A stretch of 63,625 nt of DNA, filler included, from Octopus bimaculoides (GCF_001194135.2; 7 parts of 6 records of this genome joined end to end with filler, not necessarily neighbours in it); one strand, 5' to 3'; counted from the whole stretch's first letter, positions 11,204 to 23,644 are shown. A program made the numbers and translations. Notes: generated by a model not told the origin, from the sequence alone.

Positions 11204-12262
11204 TGTGTGTGTGTGTGTGTGCATGCAAGTATGTACATATCTTAAACGTATAAAGAAAAAAGACAATAAGTGAGAGTGAAAGGAGAGAAACATGAATTAA
11301 ACCTCTTTAAATTCTATTTTATGATAGAAGCTAAATGCAAGCAGATTGATTAAATTTTGAATATTACATAAACATGGACTATTTTAGATCAGAGATAAAA
11401 AGAAGTAATTTATATTCATCTTTCAGCCGTTAATATTTCTAAGCTACGATTCTGTAGATATAATTCGAAAGCTTAAGAAGTTAAAACTAAGAATAAGTTA
11501 ACAGTGTATGTCAGTGGATGGCTTAAGAGCTGCGACAAATTATAAGTTCAGTTAAGGCAATAGAAATTTATAAATGATGCGAAATAGGAAACGACATTTT
11601 AGATGCAAGAATATTAACTTTGTTTAGTCTACTATGGTTTAGATAGAATAAAACAAATTAGGATACAGTACTACAACAGTTAGTAAAGTAGAAACTGGAA
11701 AGAAAACCATTAAATGTGTTTGGCCTACATTGCTTTGGTTGAGGAAGACCAAACTGTTGTAAAGTATAAAGTCTTCTTTAAACAAGTGAATATTAAGAAT
11801 GTAGTTGAAGTAATAAAAAGTTAATGAAATGGGTAAGAAATCTTTGGAAATTAGATAAATCTTATGAAAGTCATTAACTTATATTAAGAATTATTAGCAT
11901 TATTATTAGTTTCAATTTTTATTCTTATTGATGCTGCCTCTCGGCGTATTTGTTGGAAGGTAGATGAGAGTGGCACGCATAGTCCAAATAAACACGCCTG
12001 CTCTGAGCAAGCGCCTGTAGACTGGAGAGGGACAGCAAGAAGAGGGCACCTACCTTAGTGACAGAATAACCTGTGGTTTCTGTAGGGGTTCCACAAGTAA
12101 CTGTCGGAGGTGACCCTAGTTTTGGAGAAGTTTTCTTGCTTGCAATTTTTCTTTTTTTTTATTTCTCATGTTTATACGTTTTTTTTAATATTTAATACCA
12201 TACTATGTCCTGTACCATCCTTGCTCTTTTTGTCAACCCCTTTTGACAATAATCATTACAAT

Positions 12263-12360
12263 TGTAGCAGCAGTAGCAGCAGCAGTAGCAGTAGTGGTAG
12301 TAATAGTAGTATTAGTATCAATATTATTATTATTATTAGTAGTAGTAATAGTAGTAGTAG
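12263..12360. repeat. (AGC/AGT/ATT)n degenerate trinucleotide tract
   Basis: Direct inspection; it produces the poly-Ser/poly-Thr ORFs. Confidence 0.9.
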
Positions 12361-12467
12361 TTTGGTTCAGGGAAGATTTTGTGCTCATGAGCCTTCGCTG
12401 AGTCTTAGTCTCCCTTAGTCTTGGAGTGAAAGTGAGGAAACAAAATCTGTGAGGAAGTCTATCAGAT

Positions 12468-12548
12468 GGACTGGGTGAGTAATTGAGATGACCAGCCTTA
12501 TCACAGGGTGTCACGCCGATTCACCTTCGGAATAACCTTAAGAGGATA
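12468..12548 (+). mobile_element. Degenerate SINE B central domain fragment
   Basis: CCAGCCTTATCACAGGGTGTCACGCCGATTC..CCTTAAGAGGATAC resembles 20075-20135 and 57160-57220. Confidence 0.5.
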
Positions 12549-13474
12549 CGTAAGAATACTCAACCAGTTTACGATAATTGCAAAAAGAAAAACGGTCATG
12601 CACCGAAATCGACTCAGAGACGCCAGATACACACAGAGAGGCACACTCACTCACTCACAGAGTGAGATATATGTATATATATANNNNNNNNNNNNNNNNN
12701 NNNNNNNNNNNNNNNNNNNNNNNNNNNNNNNNNNNNNNNNNNNNNNNNNNNNNNNNNNNNNNNNNNNNNNNNNNNNNNNNNNNNNNNNNNNNNNNNNNNN
12801 NNNNNNNNNNNNNNNNNNNNNNNNNNNNNNNNNNNNNNNNNNNNNNNNNNNNNNNNNNNNNNNNNNNNNNNNNNNNNNNNNNNNNNNNNNNNNNNNNNNN
12901 NNNNNNNNNNNNNNNNNNNNNNNNNNNNNNNNNNNNNNNNNNNNNNNNNNNNNNNNNNNNNNNNNNNNNNNNNNNNNNNNNNNNNNNNNNNNNNNNNNNN
13001 NNNNNNNNNNNNNNNNNNNNNNNNNNNNNNNNNNNNNNNNNNNNNNNNNNNNNNNNNNNNNNNNNNNNNNNNNNNNNNNNNNNNNNNNNNNNNNNNNNNN
13101 NNNNNNNNNNNNNNNNNNNNNNNNNNNNNNNNNNNNNNNNNNNNNNNNNNNNNNNNNNNNNNNNNNNNNNNNNNNNNNNNNNNNNNNNNNNNNNNNNNNN
13201 NNNNNNNNNNNNNNNNNNNNNNNNNNNNNNNNNNNNNNNNNNNNNNNNNNNNNNNNNNNNNNNNNNNNNNNNNNNNNNNNNNNNNNNNNNNNNNNNNNNN
13301 NNNNNNNNNNNNNNNNNNNNNNNNNNNNNNNNNNNNNNNNNNNNNNNNNNNNNNNNNNNNNNNNNNNNNNNNNNNNNNNNNNNNNNNNNNNNNNNNNNNN
13401 NNNNNNNNNNNNNNNNNNNNNNNNNNNNNNNNNNNNNNNNNGACGAGTAACAAGATATATATATATATATATAT

Positions 13475-13517
<43 letters not shown>

Positions 13518-13839
13518 GAGAGAGAAACACACACACACAAATAGATAAATAGGCATGAATAGATTGGTAAGTACGGCCGAACGTACGTAGGTAAGAATGT
13601 AAATATTTAGCTGATTGAAACCAACGCTAACGACATTTACCAGTTTTCTTGGGATGCTTAAGGTTGAGATATTCCAACGTTCAGTTTTAAATCTTACCAT
13701 TGTTATAGTCCAGAGAGAAACACAACGAGAGATTGAAAGAAGGGTTTAGTCGTTCTCACTTGTCCCTAGCTTTTATTTCGCCATCTCAAAGACAACCGCA
13801 AGAGGCTGTTGCAGTCCCACTCCGCATGTGCGCAGTTAT

Positions 13840-13905
13840 GTTCGTACTGATGAGGGGAGAACATGGTAATACATAATGACCCCGAAACCCTTAATGGTAG
13901 ACAAC
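13840..13905 (+). ncRNA. Type I hammerhead ribozyme motif (Penelope/retrozyme-like)
   Basis: CTGATGA 13847-53; stem II GGGG/CCCC (13854-57/13880-83); GAAA 13884-87; stem III ACC/GGT; GUA cleavage triplet ending at 13899; stem I GTTcGTA/GACAAC. Confidence 0.7.
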
Positions 13906-14046
13906 TAAACCCTTTTTTTTTATTGAAGGAATTTCTACTAGTCGGCGCGTGTGTATACTTATTGAAGTAGTTTGACTTCAGAGTTCCATTAAAGCATATA
14001 CTTTTACTGATAGTAATAGCCCTTGATATTATAATGTATATATATA

Positions 14047-14820
14047 GGCGCGGGAGTGGCTGTGTGGTAAGTAGCTTGCTTACCAGCCATATGGTTCTGG
14101 GTTCAGTCCCACTGCGTGGCACCTTGGGCAAGTGTCTTCTACTATAGCCTCGGGCCGACCAAAGCCTTGTGAGTGGATTTGGTAGACGGAAACTGAAAGA
14201 AGCCCGTCGTATATATATATAATTATATTTATAAATATATATGAGCTTTTAAATAAGTTCTCCACCAATAATGGTGCTTTCATACCGATGGGCTTGGTAA
14301 AAATTGTTAATTGTTAATTGATTTATTAATTAATAAATTGATAATCCTTTACCCTNNNNNNNNNNGCCGACCAAAGCCTTGTGAGTGGATTTGGTAGACG
14401 GAAACTGAAAGAAGCCCGTCGTATATATATATAATTATATTTATAAATATATATGAGCTTTTAAATAAGTTCTCCACCAATAATGGTGCTTTCATACCGA
14501 TGGGCTTGGTAAAAATTGTTAATTGTTAATTGATTTATTAATTAATAAATTGATAATCCTTTACCCTTTTAATTTGTATATATATATGTATGTGTGTGTA
14601 TATGATTGTGTGTCTATGTTTGTCCCCCCAACATCGCTTGACAACCGATGCTGGTGTGTTTACGTCCCCGTAACTTAGCGGTTCGGTCGGCAAAACAGAC
14701 CGATAGAATGAGTACTAGGCTTCCCAAGAACAAGTCCTGGGGTCGATTTGCTCGACTAAAGGCGGTGCTCCAGCATGGCCGCAGTCAAATGACTGAAACA
14801 AGTAAAAGAGTAAAAGAGTA
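14047..14820 (+). mobile_element. tRNA-derived SINE family A (CORE-like CCTTGGGCAAGT segment) with internal (TA)/(TG) tract and an AT-rich insert
   Basis: A box TGGCTGTGTGG, B box GGTTCAGTCCC, tail GTAAAAGAGTAAAAGAG; inserted in (TA)n. A segment of about 200 bp is duplicated across the 10-N gap at 14356-14365. Confidence 0.9.
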
Positions 14821-16389
14821 TATATATATATATATATATCCTTTTAGTCCGTTTATGGGAAATGTTTTTGAGTGTGCTAATAAAAGTTCCTATGCTATAT
14901 ATTCCGGTTATCACTCATTTTCCAGAGTAAATTTGTGGGAAAGTTATTAGTCTGGTGCCGCTGTGTAGGATGAATACAGTAATAACAAGAACTTTGGATG
15001 GAAATTCGTAAAACCATTAATGCATTGCTACGTACGTTTCTAAAAACTCCATGCTTTAGTTGTATTACCTATCCATAGAATATTACAAATATGATTTGCA
15101 AAAGCAATGGATTTTGTATCCCTCACAACAACTAAAGTATGGTGTTTGAGGAAACGTACACAGCAATGCACTCAAAGTATTCCTATCCAAAGTTCTTTAT
15201 CTTACTACACACACACACACAGACAAACACACACACACACACAAACGCACACACACACACACAAACACACAATCACACAAAAACACACACATACACTCAT
15301 ATATATGTGTATCAATTTCTTTATAACATATATGTGTGCGTGTGTGTGTATGTATACGTACATATATATTATACAAAAACACTCACACACACATTTGTGT
15401 GTGTGATACATATACATATATATATATGTATATATATANNNNNNNNNNNNNNNNNNNNNNNNNNNNNNNNNNNNNNNNNNNNNNNNNNNNNNNNNNNNNN
15501 NNNNNNNNNNNNNNNNNNNNNNNNNNNNNNNNNNNNNNNNNNNNNNNNNNNNNNNNNNNNNNNNNNNNNNNNNNNNNNNNNNNNNNNNNNNNNNNNNNNN
15601 NNNNNNNNNNNNNNNNNNNNNNNNNNNNNNNNNNNNNNNNNNNNNNNNNNNNNNNNNNNNNNNNNNNNNNNNNNNNNNNNNNNNNNNNNNNNNNNNNNNN
15701 NNNNNNNNNNNNNNNNNNNNNNNNNNNNNNNNNNNNNNNNNNNNNNNNNNNNNNNNNNNNNNNNNNNNNNNNNNNNNNNNNNNNNNNNNNNNNNNNNNNN
15801 NNNNNNNNNNNNNNNNNNNNNNNNNNNNNNNNNNNNNNNNNNNNNNNNNNNNNNNNNNNNNNNNNNNNNNNNNNNNNNNNNNNNNNNNNNNNNNNNNNNN
15901 NNNNNNNNNNNNNNNNNNNNNNNNNNNNNNNNNNNNNNNNNNNNNNNNNNNNNNNNNNNNNNNNNNNNNNNNNNNNNNNNNNNNNNNNNNNNNNNNNNNN
16001 NNNNNNNNNNNNNNNNNNNNNNNNNNNNNNNNNNNNNNNNNNNNNNNNNNNNNNNNNNNNNNNNNNNNATATATATATATATACAAATATGTGCGCGTGA
16101 GTGTATGTTTATGTGTATGCACAAATATATTAATGCATATCCATATACAAATACACACACATACAGACGCATACACATACATATACGCACACACACACAC
16201 ACATACATACATACATGCATGTAAGTGGCTCTCAATCTTTTTGAATTTGTGACGCGCTGGCGATCAAATACACAATTAATGATGCACTGGAGATCAAACA
16301 AGGAAAACTTACTGGCGCACCCTCTAAAGAAAGTTAAAAAAAAAACTATCAAAACTATGTCTTAATGTTAAAACTCCAGGACAAAACCA

Positions 16390-17345
16390 GAAATTGGAAA
16401 TAAAATCTTGTCGCATATTTTATATGATCACTTTGAGAATTCTTTCCCAATGCTTACGGTAAAATAAGCATTAATTCAAATGCTTTTCTTATTTTTTCTT
16501 TACAGATTACATTATACTATAATGGTTAAATTTACATCTGTTTTACCCTTTTAAAATTAATCTTGATCAGACCCATATGAGAAACTGCATGTTGTATAAA
16601 TTCAAAAGAGGCTCATTAGCAAAAGGAAACGGCAAGTAATATTCGTCCTGTCTCTGGAATTGAAACTTTAAGCGTCTGGACATGCGAACTATGGTTTGAC
16701 TGATTTCACTCGGAAAATGTTTTATCTCGCAGAGTCCCGTCGATCTGAAGACCAAATTCTGTCAATTTTAAGCTTCTGAAAACCGTAATTGAGGGAAATC
16801 CAAAGCAAACTGTACGAGAATTAGCTAAGCAGTTCAATTCAAGTTACACTTCAATCACAACAACACCATAAACTAGAAAAAGTGTCTAAACTTGGTCAGT
16901 AGTCCCCTCCTCCTCTTGAACAAAGATCTGATCTCTGCTTGGCATAGAAGAGTATACTTGCTACCGAACCTTTCACCACTTGTGATTCCATCACAAGGGA
17001 TGAAAAATGTCTTCTCTATAATCATATCCAATGAAAGCGACAGTGAAGAAGGCGAAACCATCCTCAAACCAAGACTACTCTTGAAAAAAGTTATGCTCTG
17101 TGTTTGGTGAGATATGAAGCGTCTTGTCTATCATTAAGTGTTATACGAAAACGAAAGAGTTAACGGAAAGAAGTATTTTCGTCAACTGAAAGCATTGTAC
17201 AGAATTTGCAGGAAACGTGCCTATCATTGGTCAATCGTAATGGAGTATTGTTCTTGTACGATAACGCAAAACTACATATTGCCCAAGATCTTCTGGAAAA
17301 AATTATGGCACTAAACAAGGACGTTTTGTCTCATTCTTGTTAGGA
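16390..17345 (+). pseudogene. Mariner (DD34D-type) transposase relic
   Basis: HMRNCMLYKFKRG (helix-turn-helix start), KQTVRELAKQF, TRDEK (16999), KVMLCVW*D and NRNGVLFLYDNAKLH (17260), with multiple stops and frameshifts. Confidence 0.8.
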
Positions 17346-17349
17346 ATTA

Positions 17350-17430
17350 ACTACGATGGACACATCATTGCTTCCATACGGATGATGAGCGCATTTCCAA
17401 ACAAATCCTTTATGGTGAGCTTGTGTTGGA
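17350..17430 (+). pseudogene. Short RTE LINE ORF C-terminal fragment
   Basis: LRWTHHCFHTDDERISKQILYGEL resembles RTE LRWLGHV.RM.D.R.PKQILYGEL. Confidence 0.6.
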
Positions 17431-17484
17431 AATTACTATTCAAGTACAAAGTCATCGACTCTGTACTTTAATCTATTGATCTAG

Positions 17485-17606
17485 GAAGGATGAAAAGCGA
17501 AGCTGGCAAAGATAACCACGGCAAAATTTCAAATCAGGATGTAAAGGACCAGAAGAAATACCGCATAGTATTTTGTCCGAATCTCTCACGATTCTGCAAG
17601 TTCGTC
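17485..17606 (-). mobile_element. SINE family C, 5' half
   Basis: Degenerate match to the reverse complement of 63403-63520. Confidence 0.65.
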
Positions 17607-17637
17607 TCCTCTTGATTATAATAATTTTCTCTTTTCT

Positions 17638-17849
17638 ACATGTACAAGGTCTGAAATTTTAGGGGAAGGGGATAGTCCATTATATCGCTCCCTCCCCAGT
17701 GTTCAGCTGGTACTAATTTTATCAATACCCCGAAAGGATGAAAGGCAAAGTCAACGGCTTTGGAATTTGAACTCAGAGTATAAAACTGGAAGAAATGCCT
17801 TTAAACATTTCACCTGACACACACTAGCATTTCGCCAGCTCGTCGCCTG
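17638..17849 (-). mobile_element. SINE family C
   Basis: Contains CCCCGAAAGGATGAAAGGCAAAGTC..GGAATTTGAACTCAGA. Confidence 0.85.
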
Positions 17850-18373
17850 AAGCTTTAGTAATAATAAATACGTCGTTATTATCTTACGAGGTAACAAAGC
17901 TTATATGTTTTTCTAACCATGAAAATCCAATTTTCTTTGAAATTAATTCCTAGAAATAAAGAATTAATTTCTTTTTTATTCCAGAATCTGAAAAGATTGC
18001 CAAAACACTTTTTTCTATCCACCCATAAAGCAAAATGTTCCTGTAAATTCATGCCATTAGTCCACTTATTTTCCATAATATATTTATGGGATTAGACAAA
18101 CTATACTTGCCTAAATTTAGCACATCTCTTTCTATTTGTAAACATCTTCTATCCATTTATCAAGCCAGGATTAAGAAGATATGCTTAGTTGATGAGGTTT
18201 AATAATACTGAACTGTCTCCATAAGTGTCATTTTACTCACCAGAAAATGTCACATATTACCCTCAAGTATGAATATTCAATTTTTCTATGAAATCAATTT
18301 CTAATCTTTTGAATTCATAATTTTTTACAAGTGGCAAACTTCAGTTCATTTAGATTATTATTGCTAATACTTA

Positions 18374-18595
18374 AGGTAGCGAGCTGTCACAATCGTTACC
18401 GCGCCGGACAAAATGCTTAGCGTTATTTCTTCCGTCTTCATGTTCTGAGTTCAAATTCCGCTGAGGTCGATTTTGCCTCTCATTTTTTTCTGGATCGATG
18501 AAATAAATACCAGCTGAGCACTAGGGTCGACGTCATCGATTAATTCCCTCATTCCCTCCCACGAAATTTCTGGCCCTGTGCCAAAATTTGAAACT
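18374..18595 (+). mobile_element. SINE family C
   Basis: GAGCTG..AATCGTTA..GCCGGACAAAATGCTTAGCG..TTCTGAGTTCAAATTCCGC, with tail GTGCCAAAATTTGAAAC. Confidence 0.85.
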
Positions 18596-18618
18596 ATACT
18601 ACTACTGACACTGTTGCA

Positions 18619-18815
18619 GAGGTAAGTTGGCACATCCGTTAACGTACTGGACAAAATTCTTAGCTGCGTTTCTTTCGTCTTTTTACGTTCTGAGTTCAAA
18701 AACCACCGCCATCGACTTTGCCGTTTATCCTTTAGGGGCAATAAAATAGAAGGACTGGTTGAACACTGACGTCGTTATCGACTTGCCCCCCCCCCGCCAC
18801 AGAATTTCAGGCCGC
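18619..18815 (+). mobile_element. SINE family C, tandem to the previous copy
   Basis: TTACGTTCTGAGTTCAAA..TCGACTTTGCC..ATCC. Confidence 0.75.
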
Positions 18816-18986
18816 GCGAGACCTTTCAGTATGAAGAAGTAACCCGATTTACCAACGCAAAATTTATAGGACATCTTACATACTTTTGGTATCGGAGTGT
18901 ACAACGCAACTTGTGGGGTTTTGTTTTGCTCGAAAACATAAACAAACGCGACGTGTGTGTGTGTGTGTATGAGTGTGTGTATGTGT

Positions 18987-19026
<40 letters not shown>

Positions 19027-19215
19027 GTATGCATACACTCACACAAATAACGTTTCTTTGTTTTCGATAAAAGAATGCAAGTTACTCAATATGCACAAAT
19101 TTGTATATATTTATATACATGTATATACAGACATATGTACACATATGTACACATATATGTACATATATACATGCAAAAATTATATGTATATATATATAAA
19201 TATATATATGAATAA

Positions 19216-19247
<32 letters not shown>

Positions 19248-19419
19248 CCGCGCGTAAGTGTGTATGCGTATATGCATATACATGAATGTAGGAGGAGCAC
19301 ACAGAAAGTTTGTACCAAAATATAAAAAGGAAAGGAAAAACAAAAACAATTATATCGTATAAAGAATTCCAGTTTTAAAAGTAAATTCAGTTTTTTTCTT
19401 TTTAAATACTTGTCTCCGT

Positions 19420-19560
19420 TGTTTCATACTTCTCCGCCTATTTTCTTTCTCTTATGAAATGCAGATGCGAAACATTCTTTGTCTATTTCTACAATGACGT
19501 TATCAAATGCCTCTTTAATTCCTGCAATGCTTTCATTACAACGGCTTGTTACATTTCTGT
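19420..19560 (-). pseudogene. Possible mariner transposase extreme C-terminus
   Basis: ESIAGIKEAFDNVIVEIDKECFASAF..GGEV* loosely resembles mariner ends. Confidence 0.35.
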
Positions 19561-19881
19561 TGAGCTGAGTAAAAAAAAAAAAAAAACAGAACAAAATGAA
19601 ATTGGCACGGTACTGGGTTAGGGTTATATGATTGCTGTGAAAGAATTGGGGAAGTGATTTTGATGAATGCATTCGGTGCAGATACGATTGTTATGAGCTG
19701 GTGCATTGTTGTGATTAAACTAAATCCCGCTAAATTGTTTTTCCTGTCTTTTCTGCTGAAGTCTATTCTTTAAATTGTTAATTGCTGTAATATAGCCTTG
19801 ACCAGTGATCGTGTTGCTAGCAATAAATTAATATGATTAATAACTGTGAGGATCGTATAGCACTCTTGCTACAAGCAAGGC

Positions 19882-20241
19882 GTGGAGGCGCAATGGCCCA
19901 GCGGTTAGGGCAGCGGACTCGCGGTCATAGGATCGCGGTTTCGATTACCAAACAGGGCGTTGTGAGTGTTTATTGAGCGAAAACACCTAAAGCTCCACGA
20001 GGCTCCTGCTGTACTCTTTCACCACAACTTTCACTCACCCTTTCTTCCTGTTTCTGCTGTGCCTGTAATTCAAAGGGTCAGCCTTGTCACACTGTATCAC
20101 GCTGAATATCCCCGAGAACCACATTAAGGGTACACGTGTCTGTGGAGTGCTCAGCCACTTGCACGTTAATTTCACGAGCAGGCTGTTCCGTTGATCAGAT
20201 CAACTGGAACCCTCGTCGTCGTAAGCGACGGAGTGCCAACA
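19882..20241 (+). mobile_element. tRNA-derived SINE family B, full length, with target-site duplication
   Basis: A box TGGCCCAGCGG and B-box-like GGTTTCGATTACC; flanked by the direct repeat ACAAGCAAGGC (19871-19881 and 20242-20252). Confidence 0.9.
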
Positions 20242-20824
20242 ACAAGCAAGGCAATGGTTTGCCAGAGTTTTTAAAATGCTGGGTAGAAAACTTCACAGTA
20301 TTTGTTCCAAATCTCTCCGCTACGAGTTTGAATCCTGCTGGGTTTAAAATTGTTTTTCATCTTTTTAGGATCGATAAAAAAACAGTAATTCGGAGCGGTG
20401 GGTTTGCAGAACTGTACGAAGATTAGCCGGTATATGTTGCGGTATTTGATTCGGCGAAGAGCCGAATCAAATGACTCTTTGCGTTCTGAGTTCAAATTCC
20501 TCCATAACTTACCGAGTTGATCACTCGCCAAATTTAACACCAAACAACGCGTACCTTGAATACCTTAAGCGGATTCTACTCTACTGTCAAGCATTTTAGC
20601 CAGTACCAGTTTGAGGATAACTTCCTTCATACCACTAGTCTTACCTGCACTGAAAACTGCTACGACCATTGCCTTTCCGGCAGACAAAAAGATAAAGAAA
20701 ATTAAAAAAATTTGTCCGAAATGACTTTGCTATTATTGGATTTATCCTGTCTCATGTTCCCTGCTGCCCGCCGGACTTTCTGAATGGCACGCTTAACAAA
20801 AAATTACCTTAAATTATTTTAGTA

Positions 20825-20900
20825 GTGCAGCCCACTTCATGATGAGCCATGTCTCGTGCAGCCCGCTTCATGATGAGCCATGTCTCATGCAGCCCGCTTC
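20825..20900. repeat. 31-bp tandem repeat, about 2.5 copies
   Basis: GTGCAGCCCRCTTCATGATGAGCCATGTCTC at 20825 and 20856, partial at 20887. Confidence 0.95.
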
Positions 20901-21228
20901 TCGGAACAGGTTACCAATACTTACTTTATCTCGACATTCTATTGATTATAGTTGTTTGCTGAATCTTACAAATCAGAGGCACATCTCACGAAAAGTAACA
21001 GCTCTTGTGATCAATTTTTGAATATTAATGTGAATAATATTCTTGAGGTCGTTCTTCATGTTTGTTTTCGTTCGGTTTCCTTGTATGTCACCACTGTCCT
21101 GTTTTCGTTACCAACTTTGCTCCTCCCTAAATCCCAAATTTCATTTTGGCTTTTGTGGGAGCAACTGCCTTCAAAAACTCATATTGTCTTTCAATGCTCG
21201 AAATGAGGAGTAGATGGACAGCCGACGA

Positions 21229-21320
21229 CTGATGAAGAGTCGTTCTTTATGTTATAGGACAAGTAACACTTGTTTCGCATTTCATGTTGTTTACGGTTTG
21301 TGACGTCGTGTACCCATATA

Positions 21321-21323
<3 letters not shown>
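21229..21323 (+). repeat. Second copy of the 6372-6470 dispersed repeat
   Basis: CTGATGAAG..GTTCT.TATGT...ACGTC.TGTACCCA.ATATGC. Confidence 0.55.
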
Positions 21324-21414
<91 letters not shown>

Positions 21415-22191
21415 TAACTTGAGAAGAGCATGTAATAATTCTTGTTTGAAATTGAATCTCAAAGTACATATACAGATATAAATAATGACGTAAATATTTT
21501 TCAATCTAATTGTTACACGTTAATATTTATAGAGAATTATATACATATACAATGTACAAAAGTGTGTGTGTGAGTGGGGAGGTCATTAAATACGCGATTG
21601 TGTTCAAGTTTTATTCTTTAGATTTTTCATACATTTTATTAAATTTTTACAATTCGTTCGCAAAAATAAAGTGTCCTAAATCTATATCCTTTTCCACCAA
21701 AGGTTTTTTGATGTCAGCATTCGCAAATTGATTTTTTTTCTTTGTGGTCAAAGTTTTGCCCATTAGATTTTCATGCCAGTGGCCTCGAGCTAACTGTTTG
21801 AAGTATGTGATATTTGCGTGCTTATTTTGGCGTTTTACTGGCATAGTGCACGTGGCTATTGGAATGAAAATTCAAGTTCGAAAGTTGACCGCAATAAGCA
21901 GTTCAACACGTGACTGCTGATTTGAGAGCCTGACGCTCAGGAAACTTTTAGCGTAAAGCCTACATGAATTCAACCAGTTTATATGGGAAACACAGACGTC
22001 AAATATATACAAATCATGAAAATGAGAATATAAAAATCTGGAAACGTCGAATAAGAATTTAGGAACGTTATTTCAAACGGACTGTAAAAAACCTATAAGA
22101 AAAAATGAAAAATCTAAAATAAGGTAAACTTTGAATACAATTTATGAAATGTATAAAAGGAAAGATGTTCTTCGTGATTGCAAATATATAC

Positions 22192-22237
<46 letters not shown>

Positions 22238-23522
22238 CTGTTTGTGTGTCCACGTATGTGTGCGTGTGTGCGCGCGTGTGTGGGCATGCATTGATGAATA
22301 CGTTTACATACATATATATGTATATATATATTTATGTACATATTTATACATATATGTATCCATATTTATGTATATGTACATATGTAAGTATATATATATA
22401 TATATAATACACACACACACGCATATGCATACATAAATATATATATATATATATATATATATTAGGGACAAAATCCAAAATTACAGGTAAAAACTCAGTT
22501 AAAATCAATTTATAAAAAGATAAAATTAAATTGAGCTTTATAGATAAAATATATATAAAATATATAGTTTTAGGGAAAATAACCAAGTTTCAAGAACTCA
22601 TCGATGAAAATCCACTATCACATATAGAAAAATTAATAATTAAAAGCACAATAAATAAGTATAATATAAAGTAAAGTAAATATCATAAGATAAATATAAT
22701 ATATGTATGNNNNNNNNNNNNNNNNNNNNNNNNNNNNNNNNNNNNNNNNNNNNNNNNNNNNNNNNNNNNNNNNNNNNNNNNNNNNNNNNNNNNNNNNNNN
22801 NNNNNNNNNNNNNNNNNNNNNNNNNNNNNNNNNNNNNNNNNNNNNNNNNNNNNNNNNNNNNNNNNNNNNNNNNNNNNNNNNNNNNNNNNNNNNNNNNGTG
22901 TGTGGGCATGCATTGATGAATACGTTTACATACATATATATGTATATATAAGAGGAGAAAAGGAGAGAGATAGAAAGATAGAGAGAGAGAGAGAGTGAGA
23001 GTGATTCCCTTACATACATAGAATCGCTTCTTGTTTAAGAGGGCGTGAATTGCTGACGTGTTTTTCCAGAAATATCTGTCTCTGTCTACATAATTCTGTC
23101 TACTTTTCTCTGTATCTCCCACTCATAATCCCATTCTTCCATTTCTGATTTTTGGTGCGAATGTATGTATACATGCATGTACGAATGTATGTGTGTATAA
23201 AATACAGGCACACACCCATACAAATATTGATACACGTATTTTTGACGTGTGCATATGTATATATACATACACACATACGTACATACACACACACACACAC
23301 ACGCACAAACACGTATATCTGCACATACATACACACTTTTGAATATATGCTTCGCGTATATACGTACTGATGTATATGCACACGTACAGTCGTGCATACG
23401 AAAAGTATACACACACATATGTATATGTGTGTGTGTGTGTATCTGCGAATATGTGTGTGTGAGCATGTATACATATTGGTGTGTATGTGTGTTTGATTAT
23501 GTATGTATATATGTATACATAA

Positions 23523-23565
<43 letters not shown>

Positions 23566-23585
23566 NNNNNNNNNNNNNNNNNNNN

Positions 23586-23644
<59 letters not shown>

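Noticed and set aside
14135-14570. About 200-bp exact direct repeat around a 10-N gap
   Set aside because: Identical overlap of contig ends, so an assembly duplication. Similar cases occur at about 22265-22325/22898-22950 and 37350-37416.
16484-16505. Strong splice-acceptor-like site TTTTCTTATTTTTTCTTTACAG (similar site at about 9760-9775)
   Set aside because: No open reading frame with a matching donor follows; the first lies in the mariner 5' region.
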